Assembly: GCA_043798935.1 (NCBI GenBank)
Contig: JAZDOC010000014.1
Span: 3,549-67,548 of the forward strand
DNA: 64,000 nt
Reading direction: 5' to 3'
Source of the DNA: Patescibacteria group bacterium
GTDB taxonomy: Bacteria; Patescibacteriota; Patescibacteriia; UBA9570; JAHJKD01
Shown here: in pieces, positions 9,266 through 19,679 of the stretch
How positions within the stretch are numbered: position 1 is the stretch's first letter
Layout of the letters: each line of letters opens with the position of its first letter
The notes under the pieces: model-generated
Seen by the model: only the letters and a program-made list of their open reading frames with translations
What the model was told of the DNA's origin: nothing
The model's database searches: none
Translations under genes and position numbers: made by a program

Positions 9266-10382
9266 TACTATTGGCGTTTATATCGGTACTAATTTTTTTT
9301 GGTTTGGTTATTTTAAAACTTTTATACATCATGGTGAATGTAGACATAAAATTTACTTCTGTTTTATTACCATAGCTATAACTCACAACATAAATGTAAT
9401 TACTGTCGGCAAAATAAGCAGTCGTGCCATTTACCGTGAGCATGCCTTCTATTCCATTAACTTCAATCTGTTCTACATCATTAACACTGAAATCCTTATT
9501 TTGATCCAAATACCAATCTATCGCGCTGAATCCATAAGAATTTTTTTCGATAGCCACTTCAATAAATTCGCCGGCATTTTCTACATCATCCGGTGTAAAT
9601 ATTAATGTACCACCACCCTCCTTGATTATCTCCGCAATCCAGTTGGCCGGATAAATAATTGTATAACCATATTCAGATGTATTATTTTTATAAGTTTTAG
9701 CTAAATTACTGTCGGTAATTGTTCCAGCGCCGGCCGGGTTATAACCATTAATAATTTCTGAACCATCTTTATAACCATCGGCGTCTGTGTCGGGCTTATC
9801 AACCTTAGTTCCATAAATTTTTTCTTCAGCCACGCTTAATCCATCAATGTCTTTATCCTGAGCAATCACTACTTTTTTAGTGGTTTTTGGTTCACTTGCA
9901 GTATTTGTATTTTCGTTAGTGTTTGTGTTAGTGTTATTATTGTTATTAGTGTTTGTGTTAGTATTTGAATTTACTTTAGAGTTGTTTTTATTTACATTAT
10001 CGTTAGAATTTGTATTTGTATTTTTATTGCTATTTTTGTTAGTACTATCCTCGTTATTTGTATTGCTGTTTTCATTGCTGTTTGCTTGCTGGTTTGTATT
10101 TTCATTACTGTTCTCATTAGATACAATAGCATCAGTTCCGGAAGGTATATTTGAATAAATTAAATACCCGGCACCACCTAAAATAGCCACCACCGCTACA
10201 ATAATGACCGCTATTATTATCCAGCTGGCTTTTGAACCATGCGCCACACTCGGCTGACCGGTTTTTTGATCAATAACAGGTGCTTTTGTGGCAATAAATT
10301 TTTCCGGCATAGTATGTATTTCTACTGGTCCAACAGACTGCCCCATAGGATGAGCATTAGAATGCTGTTTCTCGTTTATCAT
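9243..10382 (-). CDS. Membrane-anchored surface protein: TM, Asn-rich linker, DxDxDG Ca-binding repeats, PsbP-like C-terminal domain
   Basis: TM WIIIAVIIVAVVAILGG; (NT/NS)n tract; DKDIDGLS, DTDADGYKDGSE; YKN..YGYTIIYPANW. Confidence 0.75.
   Translation of the reverse strand: MINEKQHSNAHPMGQSVGPVEIHTMPEKFIATKAPVIDQKTGQPSVAHGSKASWIIIAVIIVAVVAILGGAGYLIYSNIPSGTDAIVSNENSNENTNQQANSNENSNTNNEDSTNKNSNKNTNTNSNDNVNKNNSKVNSNTNTNTNNNNNTNTNTNENTNTASEPKTTKKVVIAQDKDIDGLSVAEEKIYGTKVDKPDTDADGYKDGSEIINGYNPAGAGTITDSNLAKTYKNNTSEYGYTIIYPANWIAEIIKEGGGTLIFTPDDVENAGEFIEVAIEKNSYGFSAIDWYLDQNKDFSVNDVEQIEVNGIEGMLTVNGTTAYFADSNYIYVVSYSYGNKTEVNFMSTFTMMYKSFKITKPKKISTDINANSNDNTNIN
9890..10120 (-). repeat. Low-complexity Asn/Thr/Ser coding tract
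   Basis: gtgtttgtgtta-type repeats encoding NTNTNTNNNNNTNTNT. Confidence 0.8.
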
Positions 10383-10386
10383 AATA

Positions 10387-11046
10387 TTATCTATTTAATT
10401 TTTTATCTAATTCTTTTTTAAAATCTATCAAATAACCTTCACCGCGCGGGTTGTACCCACTTTTTACTTCATGACCGTCTGCATAACCATCGCCGTCAGT
10501 ATCGGGATTTAATGGATCTGTTAAATACACCTTTACTTCTTCACGGTCAGTTAAACCATCAGCGTCGGTATCCGGACTGTTTACGGCCGTTTTATACTTC
10601 CCTTCCATTTCATCAGACAAGCCATCGTGGTCAGTGTCTATATACATAACTGGCTCAACAATGTTAATGGTTTGAGCGTTGTCTATTTCTTCATCTACAA
10701 TCTCTGAAACTGTATTAGTGTTGTTAGATACTGTTTCAAGCCCTTCATCTTCTAAAACCGTGGTTGGCTGATTACTATTTTCATTTGTTTGGCTTTTTAT
10801 TATATAGCTATATCCACACGCTCCACCAAGAGCCACAATAGCAATTATTATAAAAATAATAAAAAATTTGATCCGTTTTCTAGCATTAACTTTTTTATAA
10901 ACTTCATCGGTTATAACAAACGGTGCCGGTTCCGGACTAATATTATTTACTGGCGTGGCAGTTAGCCTAACAGGACCCGAAACAACACTGGAAAAAATAT
11001 CGTCCACTTCAACACTATTCGGCTGATTGTTAATTTCCTCCGGCAT
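10387..11046 (-). CDS. Membrane-anchored protein with tandem DTDxDG Ca-binding (thrombospondin-3/binary-toxin-like) repeats
   Basis: One TM; DTDHDGLSD, DTDADGLTD, DTDGDGYADG. Confidence 0.8.
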   Translation of the reverse strand: MPEEINNQPNSVEVDDIFSSVVSGPVRLTATPVNNISPEPAPFVITDEVYKKVNARKRIKFFIIFIIIAIVALGGACGYSYIIKSQTNENSNQPTTVLEDEGLETVSNNTNTVSEIVDEEIDNAQTINIVEPVMYIDTDHDGLSDEMEGKYKTAVNSPDTDADGLTDREEVKVYLTDPLNPDTDGDGYADGHEVKSGYNPRGEGYLIDFKKELDKKLNR

Positions 11047-11052
11047 AATTTT

Positions 11053-14000
11053 TTATTGAACTATCTGGCAATCAGCATCACTTGTGCACCCAGTGCCAGT
11101 ATTAAAGCCACTATCACTACACGTATTAGATGAAACAGTATCACATGTACCGTAGTAAAAATTAGTCATAGCGCTAGATTGCATCTGATAATTAAAGCAG
11201 GTGCAACCCTGACTGGAATATTGCGACACCGAGGAACATGGATTGCCACTATAATTTGACCACGACCATGGGTAATCAGTTCCATTAAGCTCTAAATTAG
11301 CGTATATATCATAATTACTCCCATCACTGTTTCCTATATATTGATAGGTATATGACTCTTCATCATCATTCGAGCCGGTTGGGCAATAAAAATCATTTTC
11401 AATCGGATCCCAGCAGGTTCCACTTTCGTCGTAGCATTCTTCAGCCTCATTCCAGAAAGAATTATAAGGATCCGTGGCGATACTCTGGCCCAAAGCATTG
11501 CTTAATACAGAATTCCAAGACGGCCAAGTTGAGTTGGTGTAATGACGAATGTAGCTACCTTCGGCAACGCTTGGATAATTATTATTTGTGTCTTGATCTA
11601 AATCTAAATAATAATGACGAGCCAATAAATAATTCAATGAACCGATATCAGTAATTCTTTGAGTATCCCGAACTAATTGTTCTTTTATGGCTTGGCAAGC
11701 CCCGTCGCCAACCGGTGCAAATTCAGAATTGATATTAAACACTAACGAATCTTTTATTCTTCGCAGTGCTTCAAGAGTAGTTGCATCAGCTTCTTTGTTT
11801 ACAGATAATAAATAAATATTTGGATAGAGTGTTGAGCCGGATAAATTCGCTACAGAGACTAAAGTGTTATATGTTCCTTCAGCTGATTTGTAACCATCAA
11901 GAGTAGTATCGGAATAATTACTAAAATTTTCCAGCCTCAATTCACCCCATAAACCCGGGTGAACAGCATCATAAATCGTGGCACTGTTATCATCTAAACT
12001 GTTTGCAAATACTTGAATAGCAAACAAATCCTCATTATCAGAATTCTTGAACAAATCATAACGTAAATACTCATCGTTACCCGTGCCATTTTCAGCAACA
12101 ATGTAATCAGTATCACCATAATCAGGTAATAAATTATCAGCACTGCTACCCCGGCAATAGGCAAAAGAAAAATTATATCCACTCCAACCTGAATGAGCCG
12201 AAGAAATATATGAATTATCATCATAAGCGCTTAAAAAATCACGGCTGTCGCAATATACTACACGAACGAATTGCGAATCTGTAATTTCACCGCTCCAATT
12301 ATGATCTGGGTTAGCTAAATCACCTTCAATAGTTGCTGTAATCCAACCTGTTCCGGCAGTATATCCGGCTGTGGCGGTTTGAATGGCTTGATCTTCTAAA
12401 AATTCACCTTCATTATAATTTTCATTATTTTGATCGCATGCGCTGTCTAATGTGCAAGTAATTCCACTATCAGTATCACAAGCTACTGAATCCGACCCAA
12501 AATCTACTTCACATTCATAATCACTGTCGGCAGCATCTTGCGAAACACAAGTTGCATTGGTTTCATTTAGATCAATGTTTCTGTCATCTAAAGCGCATTC
12601 AGTTTCACCACTGTTTATGGTGCAAGCTTCTTCTTCTAATGTGCAATCACAAGTTCCACTATCACAAGCATTAGAATAATAGCACGTTCCATAAGTAGCT
12701 GTTTCACAATTATCTTCGCCATCATCAACCGTACAAGTTTCGCCTTTTAATTCACAACCGCACCCAGCTGATTCACTACAAGTTGTGATGTCGTAATAAC
12801 ACGCTTCATTATAAGTATCACCTAAACAATAAGTATCATTCTCATTCATGGTGCAAGTTTCCTCATCCGCTGTGCATTCGGTTTCACCTAAATTACAGGT
12901 GCAGGTACCTAAATCAATACCTTTAATAATGCCCACGGTCGGGCAAGCATCAGCTTCTAGATCTTCTAAAGAATCAAATAATGGATCCCAATGATAATCC
13001 CATCCTAATACGCCATCAATTGATATAATAGCCTGATCATCAGAACTGCGTCGAATTTCATCTTCACCGTCGGAATAAACATTAGCTAAAAAATTCTGCT
13101 CTTCTTCTTTGGAAATAAAAGTGTACGCGGAGTTAATAAATTCCTGGTTACTAGCTTCGACATCAATATAACTAGGCGGGCATCCACCAGCTTCGTCATT
13201 AGTAGTAAAACGCATTATCCAGATACTGCCGTCATTAGAACAAATACCAGCCGCAACTTGCGCATCCGAACATCCTAAAGAAACATAATTATCGCTGTCA
13301 ATTATTCCGGTATTATTGTAGCTATAAATTAATACTGCATATTCAGCCAAAGGATCTAAAATAGTGTTCTGTTGCAATACTAATGTTTGATCTTGACTCA
13401 AGCTTACACTGCTTAATAATGACTCTGCATCATTAAAACTACCGTCATAATCAGCATATTTAATTAATTTAATATAATCTTCATAGTTAACTTCAAAATC
13501 AGAATCATCACTATTATAAGCGTCGCTAGTTGTAATATTACTATTAAAAACTATGCTAAGTTGTGCATTGGTACAAATACCGATTTCATTATTAGTAGGC
13601 ACGCAAGATGCTTCATCTAAAAGTGGCCGATCATAACAAACCCCACCATCTACAATTTCACAACTAGTAGCACCGTCGACTACATCGCATGAGTCTAGTG
13701 AATTATCTGGATAACAGGGACAAACACTGGCACCGTCACTCGGAACACACTCTGCGTCTAACTCACAAGTAGCAACCACACTCTCCCGGCATCCAGTGTT
13801 ACCACAACATGAATCCGGATAATTAGCACAGAAACCGGCTGTTGACGAAGTGCATAATCCATATTCACCTTCGCCAGTAGATAAATCGCACATTAAATCA
13901 TCGGAACAATCAGAACACGTATCACAGGTAATATCATAATTTGCACCATTACTGCCACAAACCGTACCATCTTCTTTCACGGCTTTAACATATACATTTC

Positions 14001-17000
14001 CGGTTTCAGCTAATTCCGGTACATAGCTTAATAATGCTGCAGAACTTATGTAGTTGTACTCACCGTTATGATTATTAGTAAAAGTAATGTTTCCATAAAG
14101 TGCAGTGTAGTTTCTGGAATCTTCATTACACACCGCCGGGTCAGTATCAGCGCTGTCGTAACCGTCAACATAACAAGTTTCACTCTGCGACCACGAGCAT
14201 GATGTCGCTCCATTTTCAATCCAACAATATTGCGTTTCTTCATCCGGATTTATGCAACGACATTTATTAATGTCTGTCCAAGTTCCACTATTATCTTCAC
14301 AATTGCTTTGCGATGTATAAATGGCTTCACTGCAACCCGAAGTGAAATAATAATTATACCCTTGATTAGTTGATAATGTACTACTGCAAATTTCGCTAAC
14401 ATTTTCCGGATCAGCATAACAAGTATATGTATGATTAATATCGCAAGAACTACTGTCCACATCAATGTTACAACTGTCATCATAATCCCCATCGCAAGTA
14501 CAAAAAGATTCAGTATTTTCTGCACCCACATCGGTTGATCCATAAAAATTATATCCTGATAAGTCCACTTCATCTCCATAAGTTCCGTTTGAACCATCTA
14601 AATTGCATAACACTGGCACATCCACACCATCACATTCATTGCTTAAATTAAAGACCGTGCTATACCAAACGCTCTGGCATGCGCCTGTGCAAGTGCTTTC
14701 ATTACTACAACTATCACTGGAATTTTTACAATATGCTTGGCCAACCACACTTTGTTGCTCTTTATATGAACTGTCATTACTATCAAAATAAACTTGGCTC
14801 ACATTAACCTCGGCTGAATCCATACTGCTCGTAAAAATATTATCGGGCGCTATTATTTTAATTTCTTCATTATTCCAGGTTTCGTCTTCGGAACAAGCAA
14901 ATTCGGCTTCAACATCATTTAGAGTGACGCGTGAATAATAAGGAGAAGAAACACCGCCATTTTGATAAAAGCTACCAAAATGACATCCTCTGACAGTAAT
15001 TGGCTGACCAACATTTCCATAATTTGGACTAATCGAGCTTATATATGGTTGGCACATGCCGGCAATACAATCACTCTGACAACTGTCATAAGAACAATCG
15101 GTTTTATTTTCACAATCATTGCATTGTTCAGCCATCTGGCACAAATGATCTTCACAACAACCGCTCTGACAATCGCTGTTATATCGGCAATTTATGGAAA
15201 AATTTGTGTAATTACTAACTAAACCGTTAATATCACTTAGTCGTAAACCATTAGTAGCGCTAGTTAATGCATTCGGAGCCACATGAGTTTCTAACTTCCA
15301 AGCATCGGATCCATAAGTATCACTGTCGGTGGCTGACAAGTCCGTCCAAATACCGGTTGAAGTACGACCATTATAAAACTCGGCCCAGCGTTGATCGTTA
15401 CCGCTAGAATCAGTAGCTGTATTTAAAACATCAAAATGTGTACCATAAATATTTATAGCGTCTCCCTCTTGGCCATTATCTGGTTCAGCTAAGCATAAAC
15501 AAGGAGTGGGATCATTTTGAACGCTTATATTTTCATGAGTAACGGGAAGACCGTAATATGAAACTAAATTAATATCATAGTTTCCGGCCGATAAAGCAGT
15601 TGGCACCTCAACAATAATTTCATTATTAGACCATGTATCTTGGCAAAGATTTTCATTTAAATAAACACCCTCACTGTCGCTAAAACTTACTGACCCATGG
15701 CCGCTGAAACTATAAGTACTGTTAGATGAATCACAATCTGCTTCTAAGCTACACCCAACAGTTGAAGATAATAAACAAGTTGTATGTCCCTCACTCACCA
15801 GGCAAGTACGGCTACCATCGGTTTCAGTACAAGTACAAGTGCCCGAGCCCAAGCGTGATGGTCCAAAATAACAACCGCTAAGTGCTACGCAACCTCCCCG
15901 ACCAACCGGTTCCGGAGAAACAGCGTTTATAACCGGTGTACAATGAGAAGAAGTTAAATCGCAAGTCGATGTTTCGCAACCCGTGATCTGACAATCAGCA
16001 TCAGAAGTGCAATATCCAAAATCTACTTCAAACAAACTAGTATCATGAACCCAGCTATCAGCATAAGTAATCTCTCCTTCAGCTTCCACTGCTTCAGGGT
16101 AAGGGTCGGCTGAAACACCAGCGCTTACATAAGCCGTACCAAAATTTTCACTACCATCACCCTGCATATAAACTTTATTATATCCCGAGGTAGTATCCAT
16201 GGTGGTGTTGCCATCAGAAAATTTAACAATGTTATCGGCGTCATAATTATCGATTATCCAATGCCAATTTGTTTCATTGCTTAAGGCAAAGCAATCTGAA
16301 TTGTATGCACTGGCTTTATATGAATAATAATCACGGCTGGTATCATCATTAGTGACAGTATAATTAATAGGGTAAGGTTGTGCTGGATTATATCTGGTTT
16401 GCGTTTGTTCGACCGGACGTAATCGCACGCTGTCTACTGAACAAACCGTGGCGTCATTTCTAATTTTAAAATGCCATAAACCAGCTTCAGCTAAAGTAAT
16501 ACCGTAAGTATTAGTGACATTTTGTGTTACTGAAACCAAATACCAAGTATTAGGTATTAAATCTGATGATGGCGTAAATGAAAAACTTTCATAACCTGAT
16601 GCAAAATCTGGACTGCCACCCAAATATGCTTGAGAAAGCATTTCACTGGACCAACTTCCGGTTATTTCGCTGCCGCAAGATTCAGCCAAATAATTGCCGC
16701 TGGCATCACCGCTACCGCAATTATATATATCAACTCCGTCTGCTACTGAGCTATCGTTCATATCCGAATCAAATGCAACTACAACCGTGCTATTAACACA
16801 TGCCTGATCTTCATAGGGATGTGGATTCGGCAGATATATTAAATCATTATCAATATTACAATCATACGCGCCAAACAAACGCGGAGCTTGCTGACACGGA
16901 ATATTAAAATCTAAACTATTACTATAAACATTGTCGCCGGCATCATCTTTACTGGCCGCGGTTATTTCATAATCATCTTGAGCTGAAACCGGAGTACTGT

Positions 17001-19230
17001 CGGTCAAGACTGAATCATATCCACCATAAATCGTTAAATCACCAGAATATGTAACATCCCAATCGTTAATATCAGCTTCGCTAGTATCATCACTGTTTGC
17101 AAAATAAACTTTGCCCATAGTGCTACCAAAACTTTGCCCGATAATGTTAACATCATCAACACCCGTATCTGAACAATCCGGATCAAGTGTACATATACCT
17201 GGGCCGGCTTGACCATCAGTTATGGTAAATCCACGCTGATTTGAATATTTAGAAGATACTGTTTGTATCTGAATTAACGGAAAATCAGCCACATCAAAAT
17301 CACTCGGAACTTTAACGATTATTTCATCATTATCCCAACCATCAGCACACGGTGTTTCAGCTGTAATGCGATTAAACACACCGGCATCATCATAATATCC
17401 AAAATAAACCACACCTTTAGTGCTTCCGGTAATAGCAGGATTATAATCACCAAAATTTTCACCTTTAAGAGTTACAAATTGTTCAGCCGGACCCTGGCTT
17501 GGTGATAAACTTCGAATATATGGCGAAACGATCTGCACTCTATCATCTGAAGAATCTTGGCCATTTTCATTTTCAATACTCACCCGTCCACTACGCGAAC
17601 CAACCGGTACTCTAAGCGTTACCTGCTGAGCGCCACTGTTTCCTACAAAACAACTAGTCAACGGGGTATATTGTTGATCAAAACAATTCATTCCAGCAGC
17701 CGAAAGATTATAATAAAAATCTGCATCATAAAAAGGATATAAATAATCACCGTTTATTTCTACTAAATCACTATCTTCACTTCCAGCCTGACCATAAGGA
17801 TCATTGTCTTCGCTATAATAAGCCGGATAATTATAAGAAATACTGCGAATGGTAGGGGTACAATTTTCTACATTTCCGGTAGTAAATTTCCATTGATAAT
17901 CCCAATCAGCGCCACCGGCGCTACTACTTTCAATAAAATCATCAGTCGGAGAGCCTTCCATTTCATCGTCGAAGTCACCACTTAACGGATTACCGCAAGT
18001 ATCACGAACCGCTCCTAGATAATTTGTTCGCACTGACGTAGCGGTCGCATCATATGCGCCCGAATATAAGCTTAATCCGTAAACCGAATAAGCGGCCAAA
18101 GCACTTACTGGAGTAGTAATAAAAGTATCATCAGCGCTTCCGCCAATACTAGTGTATCTAACTCTATTAATGTCTAAATTTTCCCCATCGCCTAGAGCAT
18201 TAGGATCGACACTATCTGTATAAGCATACAGCCGTAAATTATTATGATTAACAGTAGTTGGATCCAAGCTTTCGGAAAAACTTACCTGAATCGGTGTTCG
18301 GCGACAAACTTCTGTTTCTTCATCAGCCGGATACGGCGCCGGGGCTACAATGTTTACTTTGGGAGGAATATTATCGGTAATAGTACCGGTCGCAAACCTG
18401 AATATTCTTTTTGAATCACTGGCACTTAGAGAATATTCATCTATTGTAGTTTCATCCAAACCATAAATGGCTGTGGTTAATTCCACTCTGTAAACAGAGC
18501 TGGGCAAATAATCTTCCTGCGGATACCAGACTGCTACATAAGATTCGTCCTCACTGGAAAACCCAAATGTTCCGGCTACTTGGTCACCGACACAGCCACT
18601 ACTTTCGCAATTAGCTGATAAACAATCCGTGTCGGATGAACAATTTTCACCATCGCCTTTTTTTAAACCGCTATTTAAAGTAACTTTGTATGAATCGTTA
18701 GTAATGGTTTCCTGCTTAACTGGTAAATTAAACGTTACGGCAATTAAATGACACAAAGAAACATCAGTATCACCATTAGCAGGATTTGAATGATCAATGT
18801 AAAAATAATCTATTGAACCGCGGGTTGAATAGCCCCCTCCCGGACCAGTACCTTGATCCGGATTAGTCATGTCGACTAGTTTATTTACTAAATACGTTGC
18901 TATACCCCAAGAAGCCAAAATTATTAATAAACCAATAACACCATTAATAATAATCTTTTTAGCTTTTTCAACTTTTTCCTCATTTCCACCAGACAACAAC
19001 CAGGTCGCGCCACCCCAGATAATAATAACCACGGCAATTAATGCCAAAATACCTAAACCCCAATTAATAATGTTAACAGCTAAATCCAGAGGTGAAGTAT
19101 CGCCAAGCAATAATCCAAAATCAGTTCTAACCGTATCAGCCAAAGCTGGTAATGTAATTAAACTAAAAACCAGCATTAACAAAAGGTAATGCTTATACGA
19201 AGCCTTTATGGCTGTTTTTTTATTTTTCAT
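11053..19230 (-). CDS. Giant Cys-rich surface protein: N-terminal TrbC/VirB2-like pilin, Ig-like and IPT/TIG domains, PsbP-like domain and C-terminal type-IV-pilin/GspG-like domain
   Basis: IIIWGGATWLLSGGNEEKVEKAKKIIINGVIGLLIIL; PANGDTDV...VTFN; ISSISPNYG..GQPITVRG.HFG; RDTQRITDI...LARHYY...YP. Confidence 0.8.
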   Translation of the reverse strand: MKNKKTAIKASYKHYLLLMLVFSLITLPALADTVRTDFGLLLGDTSPLDLAVNIINWGLGILALIAVVIIIWGGATWLLSGGNEEKVEKAKKIIINGVIGLLIILASWGIATYLVNKLVDMTNPDQGTGPGGGYSTRGSIDYFYIDHSNPANGDTDVSLCHLIAVTFNLPVKQETITNDSYKVTLNSGLKKGDGENCSSDTDCLSANCESSGCVGDQVAGTFGFSSEDESYVAVWYPQEDYLPSSVYRVELTTAIYGLDETTIDEYSLSASDSKRIFRFATGTITDNIPPKVNIVAPAPYPADEETEVCRRTPIQVSFSESLDPTTVNHNNLRLYAYTDSVDPNALGDGENLDINRVRYTSIGGSADDTFITTPVSALAAYSVYGLSLYSGAYDATATSVRTNYLGAVRDTCGNPLSGDFDDEMEGSPTDDFIESSSAGGADWDYQWKFTTGNVENCTPTIRSISYNYPAYYSEDNDPYGQAGSEDSDLVEINGDYLYPFYDADFYYNLSAAGMNCFDQQYTPLTSCFVGNSGAQQVTLRVPVGSRSGRVSIENENGQDSSDDRVQIVSPYIRSLSPSQGPAEQFVTLKGENFGDYNPAITGSTKGVVYFGYYDDAGVFNRITAETPCADGWDNDEIIVKVPSDFDVADFPLIQIQTVSSKYSNQRGFTITDGQAGPGICTLDPDCSDTGVDDVNIIGQSFGSTMGKVYFANSDDTSEADINDWDVTYSGDLTIYGGYDSVLTDSTPVSAQDDYEITAASKDDAGDNVYSNSLDFNIPCQQAPRLFGAYDCNIDNDLIYLPNPHPYEDQACVNSTVVVAFDSDMNDSSVADGVDIYNCGSGDASGNYLAESCGSEITGSWSSEMLSQAYLGGSPDFASGYESFSFTPSSDLIPNTWYLVSVTQNVTNTYGITLAEAGLWHFKIRNDATVCSVDSVRLRPVEQTQTRYNPAQPYPINYTVTNDDTSRDYYSYKASAYNSDCFALSNETNWHWIIDNYDADNIVKFSDGNTTMDTTSGYNKVYMQGDGSENFGTAYVSAGVSADPYPEAVEAEGEITYADSWVHDTSLFEVDFGYCTSDADCQITGCETSTCDLTSSHCTPVINAVSPEPVGRGGCVALSGCYFGPSRLGSGTCTCTETDGSRTCLVSEGHTTCLLSSTVGCSLEADCDSSNSTYSFSGHGSVSFSDSEGVYLNENLCQDTWSNNEIIVEVPTALSAGNYDINLVSYYGLPVTHENISVQNDPTPCLCLAEPDNGQEGDAINIYGTHFDVLNTATDSSGNDQRWAEFYNGRTSTGIWTDLSATDSDTYGSDAWKLETHVAPNALTSATNGLRLSDINGLVSNYTNFSINCRYNSDCQSGCCEDHLCQMAEQCNDCENKTDCSYDSCQSDCIAGMCQPYISSISPNYGNVGQPITVRGCHFGSFYQNGGVSSPYYSRVTLNDVEAEFACSEDETWNNEEIKIIAPDNIFTSSMDSAEVNVSQVYFDSNDSSYKEQQSVVGQAYCKNSSDSCSNESTCTGACQSVWYSTVFNLSNECDGVDVPVLCNLDGSNGTYGDEVDLSGYNFYGSTDVGAENTESFCTCDGDYDDSCNIDVDSSSCDINHTYTCYADPENVSEICSSTLSTNQGYNYYFTSGCSEAIYTSQSNCEDNSGTWTDINKCRCINPDEETQYCWIENGATSCSWSQSETCYVDGYDSADTDPAVCNEDSRNYTALYGNITFTNNHNGEYNYISSAALLSYVPELAETGNVYVKAVKEDGTVCGSNGANYDITCDTCSDCSDDLMCDLSTGEGEYGLCTSSTAGFCANYPDSCCGNTGCRESVVATCELDAECVPSDGASVCPCYPDNSLDSCDVVDGATSCEIVDGGVCYDRPLLDEASCVPTNNEIGICTNAQLSIVFNSNITTSDAYNSDDSDFEVNYEDYIKLIKYADYDGSFNDAESLLSSVSLSQDQTLVLQQNTILDPLAEYAVLIYSYNNTGIIDSDNYVSLGCSDAQVAAGICSNDGSIWIMRFTTNDEAGGCPPSYIDVEASNQEFINSAYTFISKEEEQNFLANVYSDGEDEIRRSSDDQAIISIDGVLGWDYHWDPLFDSLEDLEADACPTVGIIKGIDLGTCTCNLGETECTADEETCTMNENDTYCLGDTYNEACYYDITTCSESAGCGCELKGETCTVDDGEDNCETATYGTCYYSNACDSGTCDCTLEEEACTINSGETECALDDRNIDLNETNATCVSQDAADSDYECEVDFGSDSVACDTDSGITCTLDSACDQNNENYNEGEFLEDQAIQTATAGYTAGTGWITATIEGDLANPDHNWSGEITDSQFVRVVYCDSRDFLSAYDDNSYISSAHSGWSGYNFSFAYCRGSSADNLLPDYGDTDYIVAENGTGNDEYLRYDLFKNSDNEDLFAIQVFANSLDDNSATIYDAVHPGLWGELRLENFSNYSDTTLDGYKSAEGTYNTLVSVANLSGSTLYPNIYLLSVNKEADATTLEALRRIKDSLVFNINSEFAPVGDGACQAIKEQLVRDTQRITDIGSLNYLLARHYYLDLDQDTNNNYPSVAEGSYIRHYTNSTWPSWNSVLSNALGQSIATDPYNSFWNEAEECYDESGTCWDPIENDFYCPTGSNDDEESYTYQYIGNSDGSNYDIYANLELNGTDYPWSWSNYSGNPCSSVSQYSSQGCTCFNYQMQSSAMTNFYYGTCDTVSSNTCSDSGFNTGTGCTSDADCQIVQ

Positions 19231-19667
19231 GATGATATTTGATTTTTAAGTATTTTTTGTACTAATTGACCATCGGCTTTTCCTTTTAATACTCCCATCA
19301 CCTTTCCCATGAGCGGTCCAAACGCTAAGCCCTGATTCTGTTTAATAATCTCTCTTATTTTAATTTCTATTTCTTGTTCCGACATTTGTGCCGGCAAATA
19401 TTTTTGAATGATATCTATTTCTCTTTGCTCTTTCTCGGCTAATTCTTTTCGCCCACCGGCCGTGTAGGCGGTGATGGAGTCTTTTCTCTTCTTAACTTCT
19501 TTGGCCAAAATTTTATGGCAATCTTGGTCTGATATATCAGCCTTCTTTTGATCAATGGCTTCATTTTTAAGTGCCGAATATACCATGCGCAGGGTATCCA
19601 AAACCAAGGCATCTTTTTCTTTCATTGCTTTGATCATGTCTTGTTTTATTTGCGAGAAAAGACTCAT
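19227..19667 (-). CDS. yqeY: GatB/YqeY domain protein
   Basis: AMKEKD...LRM, KEVKKRKDSI, YLPAQMS, GKADG; follows rpsU. Confidence 0.93.
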   Translation of the reverse strand: MSLFSQIKQDMIKAMKEKDALVLDTLRMVYSALKNEAIDQKKADISDQDCHKILAKEVKKRKDSITAYTAGGRKELAEKEQREIDIIQKYLPAQMSEQEIEIKIREIIKQNQGLAFGPLMGKVMGVLKGKADGQLVQKILKNQISS

Positions 19668-19679
19668 CGAGTTAAAAAA

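Noticed and set aside
9890-10158. CRISPR array or the 92-aa hydrophobic plus-strand ORF
   Set aside because: Antisense shadow of the Asn/Thr linker; no repeat-spacer periodicity
11352-19189. Short alternative-frame ORFs inside the giant gene
   Set aside because: Fully nested in a long coding gene, no motifs
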